From Octopus vulgaris (taxonomy: Eukaryota), in NCBI GenBank assembly GCA_951406725.2, contig OX597826.1, positions 26,474,001 through 26,538,000 on the forward strand: a stretch of DNA of 64,000 nucleotides, read 5' to 3'. Position numbers and translations under genes: made by a program. The notes under the pieces were generated by a model that searched no databases, was not told the DNA's origin, and worked only from the letters and a program-made list of their open reading frames with translations. This document shows positions 60,313 to 64,000 of the stretch, in pieces. Position 1 is the stretch's first letter, and each line of letters begins with the position of its first letter.

Positions 60313-60843
60313 CACGGGCGCTGTCACTGATTTTCTTGTCATATTCAACGTAATTGGATCCAATGCAAATTCCTTGTAATCAGAGCCAAGCGTGTTATCT
60401 GGTTAGATACTTTATGTTTCTATAGATAGCTAAAATTAAGCATCCGCTTCTGTGGAATTGACAATAATTGATGGAGAAGAATTCCATAGTATCCCGTACA
60501 GAAAATAAAGTAACTAATTTTAATAAAATAACGTATATATAGTAGTTTTGTTTCTAAAATATCTCTGGAGATATTTTTGAAGATATACGTGTCTGACAAA
60601 CATAATGGTAATAGATTTATGTACGAGTATATATATACATATAATCCTCACACGACATAAATACAAATAAGTAAATATATATATATATATATACACACAT
60701 ATAAATATATGTACGTATTTATACATATGAATATATTTATATGAATATATATATATATATAGATACATAGAAATATATAGATATAAATATATATATATAG
60801 ATAGATACAAACATATACATATATATATATACATATATATATG

Positions 60844-60874
<31 letters not shown>

Positions 60875-60987
60875 GTATTTATATGCATATATGTCTACAC
60901 ACGCATACACATATATAACCAACCATACACACATATGTATATGTCTATCTAGCTAACCGTTTCTGTCTCAGTCTCTATGACCCTCCC

Positions 60988-61060
<73 letters not shown>

Positions 61061-61074
61061 TTATATACAAACTT

Positions 61075-61758
61075 AGAGTCAGTGTGTTTGGCCTGGGAAT
61101 CCACATGAGCAACGACGCAACGTTCCATGTGCACAGTGTTCAAATGGCAGCACTATGCAGGTAGGTGGCAGGTTGGATCCTTAGATCCTTCAGGACCAGG
61201 AACAGGAACACAGTGCTTCTGCTTTGGCAAAGCTTTGTCCTTAGTCGCCCGGATTACTGTTCGCGGTGTGGTCCCCATATGGTACAAAACTAATTGCGGC
61301 ACAAGAAGCGATCCAACGCTTAAAGAAGATAGACTCTGGAAAACACATGGGCTACTGTGAGAGATTGAAGGAACTGGGACTCTACTCCGTAGAGAGGAGA
61401 CGTGAGAGAATACATAAAGGATTTGGCTCCAAATTTCGGAATTGAAATCTACAATAATTCCCGAACTGGACGGCACTGCACTGTACCAAAGATCCCATCT
61501 CCATCGAGGATATGTACTGAATATAGTAATTCAGAACATCAGTGATCTGCAGGGTGTAGACATGAAAGTCTTCAAAAAACTTTTAGACAGTTTTTTTCAT
61601 CTGCAGTTCCGGATGAATCTACATCGCGACAGGAGACACAAAGAAAGCGGCAACGTCCAACTCGCTACTTCACCAGAAGCAATACTAGATAAAATCCCCG
61701 GATGCAGTAATGGTGGCGCACCAGCATGGCCTCATCCTCTGGCTGACACCCATTAAAT
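61075..61758 (+). mobile_element. CR1-type LINE 3' fragment
   Basis: [15 protein letters not shown]...GWILRSFRTRN..VLLLWQSFVLSRPDYCS and ERLKELGLYSVERRRE are typical of CR1-clade RT C-termini; stops and frameshifts are present. Confidence 0.82.
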
Positions 61759-61846
61759 ATAGAAGATAAAAGATTTAAGTTACACATACATACATAAATA
61801 TGTGTACATATGTATGTATATGTATCCATATGTTCACGTATAATTG

Positions 61847-61884
<38 letters not shown>

Positions 61885-61927
61885 TAGATAAGAAAGTTGG
61901 TTTGTGAAAGCACGTGGTTGAATATAT

Positions 61928-62246
61928 AGAAAATAGTAAAAAGTGAAAAAACTACAGAAGGCTTAAAGGTTAAAAAATATATATATTTGCGTCAATATGT
62001 CTGAAGAATATTAAAAAAATTTGTTTTCTTACAATGACATAGTTTAGAAGAAAGACCGGTTTCGCGTTTAGCTTTTCAAATTTCTTACGACGTAAGAAAT
62101 TTGAAAAGCTAAACGCGAAACCGGTCTTTCTTCTAAACTATGTCATTGTAAGGAAAAAAATTTTTTTAATATTCTTCAGACATATTGACGCAAATATATA
62201 TATTTTTTAACCTTTAAGCCTTCTGTAGTTTTTTCACTTTATACTA

Positions 62247-62252
<6 letters not shown>
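61928..62252. repeat. Near-perfect 325 bp palindrome (162 bp arms, 1 nt loop at 62090)
   Basis: Arms are reverse complements with only a few mismatches; right flank is (CT)n(AT)n. Confidence 0.92.
62091..62133 (+). ncRNA. 3' half of a hammerhead ribozyme (stem II, GAAA, stem III, GTC), mirrored on the minus strand
   Basis: CGT-aag...taa-ACG-C-GAAAC-CG-GTC; the CTGANGA part is absent at the hairpin apex. Confidence 0.5.
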
Positions 62253-62342
<90 letters not shown>

Positions 62343-62498
62343 ATATACATACATACATACATACATATATATGTGTGAGTATTTGTATGTGTGAATGCAT
62401 AATTGAATGTGTCTGTGTGTGTGTGTGTGTGTCTTAGAATATTCCTCGAAATGGGAGATGTGCAAACTTAATTATCTGTGCGTGTCTGAGTGAGACCA

Positions 62499-62720
62499 TA
62501 CTGCAGGGTTGGGCTGAAAGTCATTGACTTCAAGGATGTCGCGAAGGGCCTGGTTGGAGTCCCTCTCTTTCGCGTCATTTTACAGACCTTAGAAAAACTG
62601 AAGGACTGCTGCAACAAGTGTGTGAATCTGAGAATGGATTATGTTGACTAAAATCATGAAAAACCAATCCTCCTGTATTTTCTTTTAGCCAAAGCCAGGA
62701 AGTTTTCAACCCCCATCGTA
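62499..62720 (+). mobile_element. Internally deleted mariner relic
   Basis: EKLKDCCNKCVNLRMDYVD* resembles a mariner transposase C-terminus. Loose TIRs (gggttgggctgaaag / ttttcaaccccc) end in TA. Confidence 0.55.
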
Positions 62721-63387
62721 TATGAATCATATGAATGTGTATTTTGTAGTGTAGAAAAAGGAAGTTTGAATTTTAGATTTGTTCATATGGGTATATTATA
62801 TACCACATAGTTTATTTATACTGTATATATTTTATATATATATATTTAATAGATATATATTTAATATATATTAAATATATATATGTATATATATGTATAA
62901 AATATATACGGACTTCAACCAGACTGGCCCAGAAAAAAAAATCCTTTTGATTCCACATTGCTATTCCTCCCGCCAGCCAACTTCCCACACTATCCCTTAA
63001 AATAGCAAACATTCCTTAGCTACACACAAGACAGAAAATGTCCGACAGACAAGTCAGTTATTCCTCTCCATTTTTTTGTAAATTCTTAAATATATTTCCT
63101 TCCATATATATATGTTACCAAACAAACGTGATTTTTATTGAACTCAAAATTACTTATTGTAGTCCCGTTCTAGAATACTTTCTTGAATACTTTGTTGTAA
63201 ACTGTTTTTAACATTTTCTTATCATTATCAAAGATTGTATAACTGTATTTTAATGCAATTGTGATAACCAGTGCATAAAACAACAAAGCCTTTACATTTT
63301 ACTTTTGATACTCTAAAAGTCCTTTGCCTTTTCAAATCTTCTTTCAGATATATTTTCACTCGTGCGGTACCTTACAACTTTACTTTG

Positions 63388-63424
<37 letters not shown>

Positions 63425-64000
63425 TATATATATCGTAACACAGTTTGAAGATTACAACGACAATGAAGGCAGTGGTGATAATGTAATGATAGTATGATGA
63501 GCATGTTGATGATGATAATGAGGATTTTTTGATGATGATTTCCAGAGGATGGATATTCTATCAATTATTCTTTAACGGTTTTTCGCAATGGCACACGCAA
63601 AGACACACACACACACACATACACACACACACATACATACATACACATACACGTGTATATATATATATATGTTTATTTATATACACATGAACATATATAT
63701 ATATATATATCTTTATATGTATGTCTGTGATTTTCTCTTCGCCCATGTTTGTCCGTCTGCTTCCCTCTACGCAGATAACCATGAGATAAAGCGTGGTCAA
63801 TTTTTTTGTAGCCCATGAGAAAATAATAGTATCACGTGTGTATGTACATTCGGGTATATTTTGATGCACTCCTATTGCAATGGTCGGCTACGGCCTTCTG
63901 CACTAAAGAATTTACCAGAGTTACCTATTTTCCTCTCTTTGAACATGAGGAATAATTTGACCTCATCAGAACTAGGGTTGGGTTCGGGGTCACTAGAGTC

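Overview
This is AT-rich, microsatellite-saturated metazoan genomic DNA; the SINE repertoire looks like octopus/cephalopod (inferred from memory). No confident host gene is present, and nearly all ORFs in the track are microsatellite translations. Recognisable coding relics: a young 5'-truncated R4/Dong-type RT-RLE retrotransposon inside (AAT)n with three older relatives nearby, a decayed RTE LINE, a CR1-type LINE 3' end, and Tc1/mariner relics. There are also MITEs and at least three SINE families. The most notable signal is four non-coding fold-back insertions (40.5, 42.5, 59.0 and 61.9 kb). Each carries a type I hammerhead ribozyme or ribozyme half, with covarying stems across copies. Each is two 5'-to-5' joined inverted pieces; at three loci the pieces are circular permutations of a ~470-570 nt unit, and three loci abut dinucleotide microsatellites. 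This suggests a retrozyme / non-autonomous Penelope-like system. Coordinates were read by eye, and repeat boundaries are approximate.
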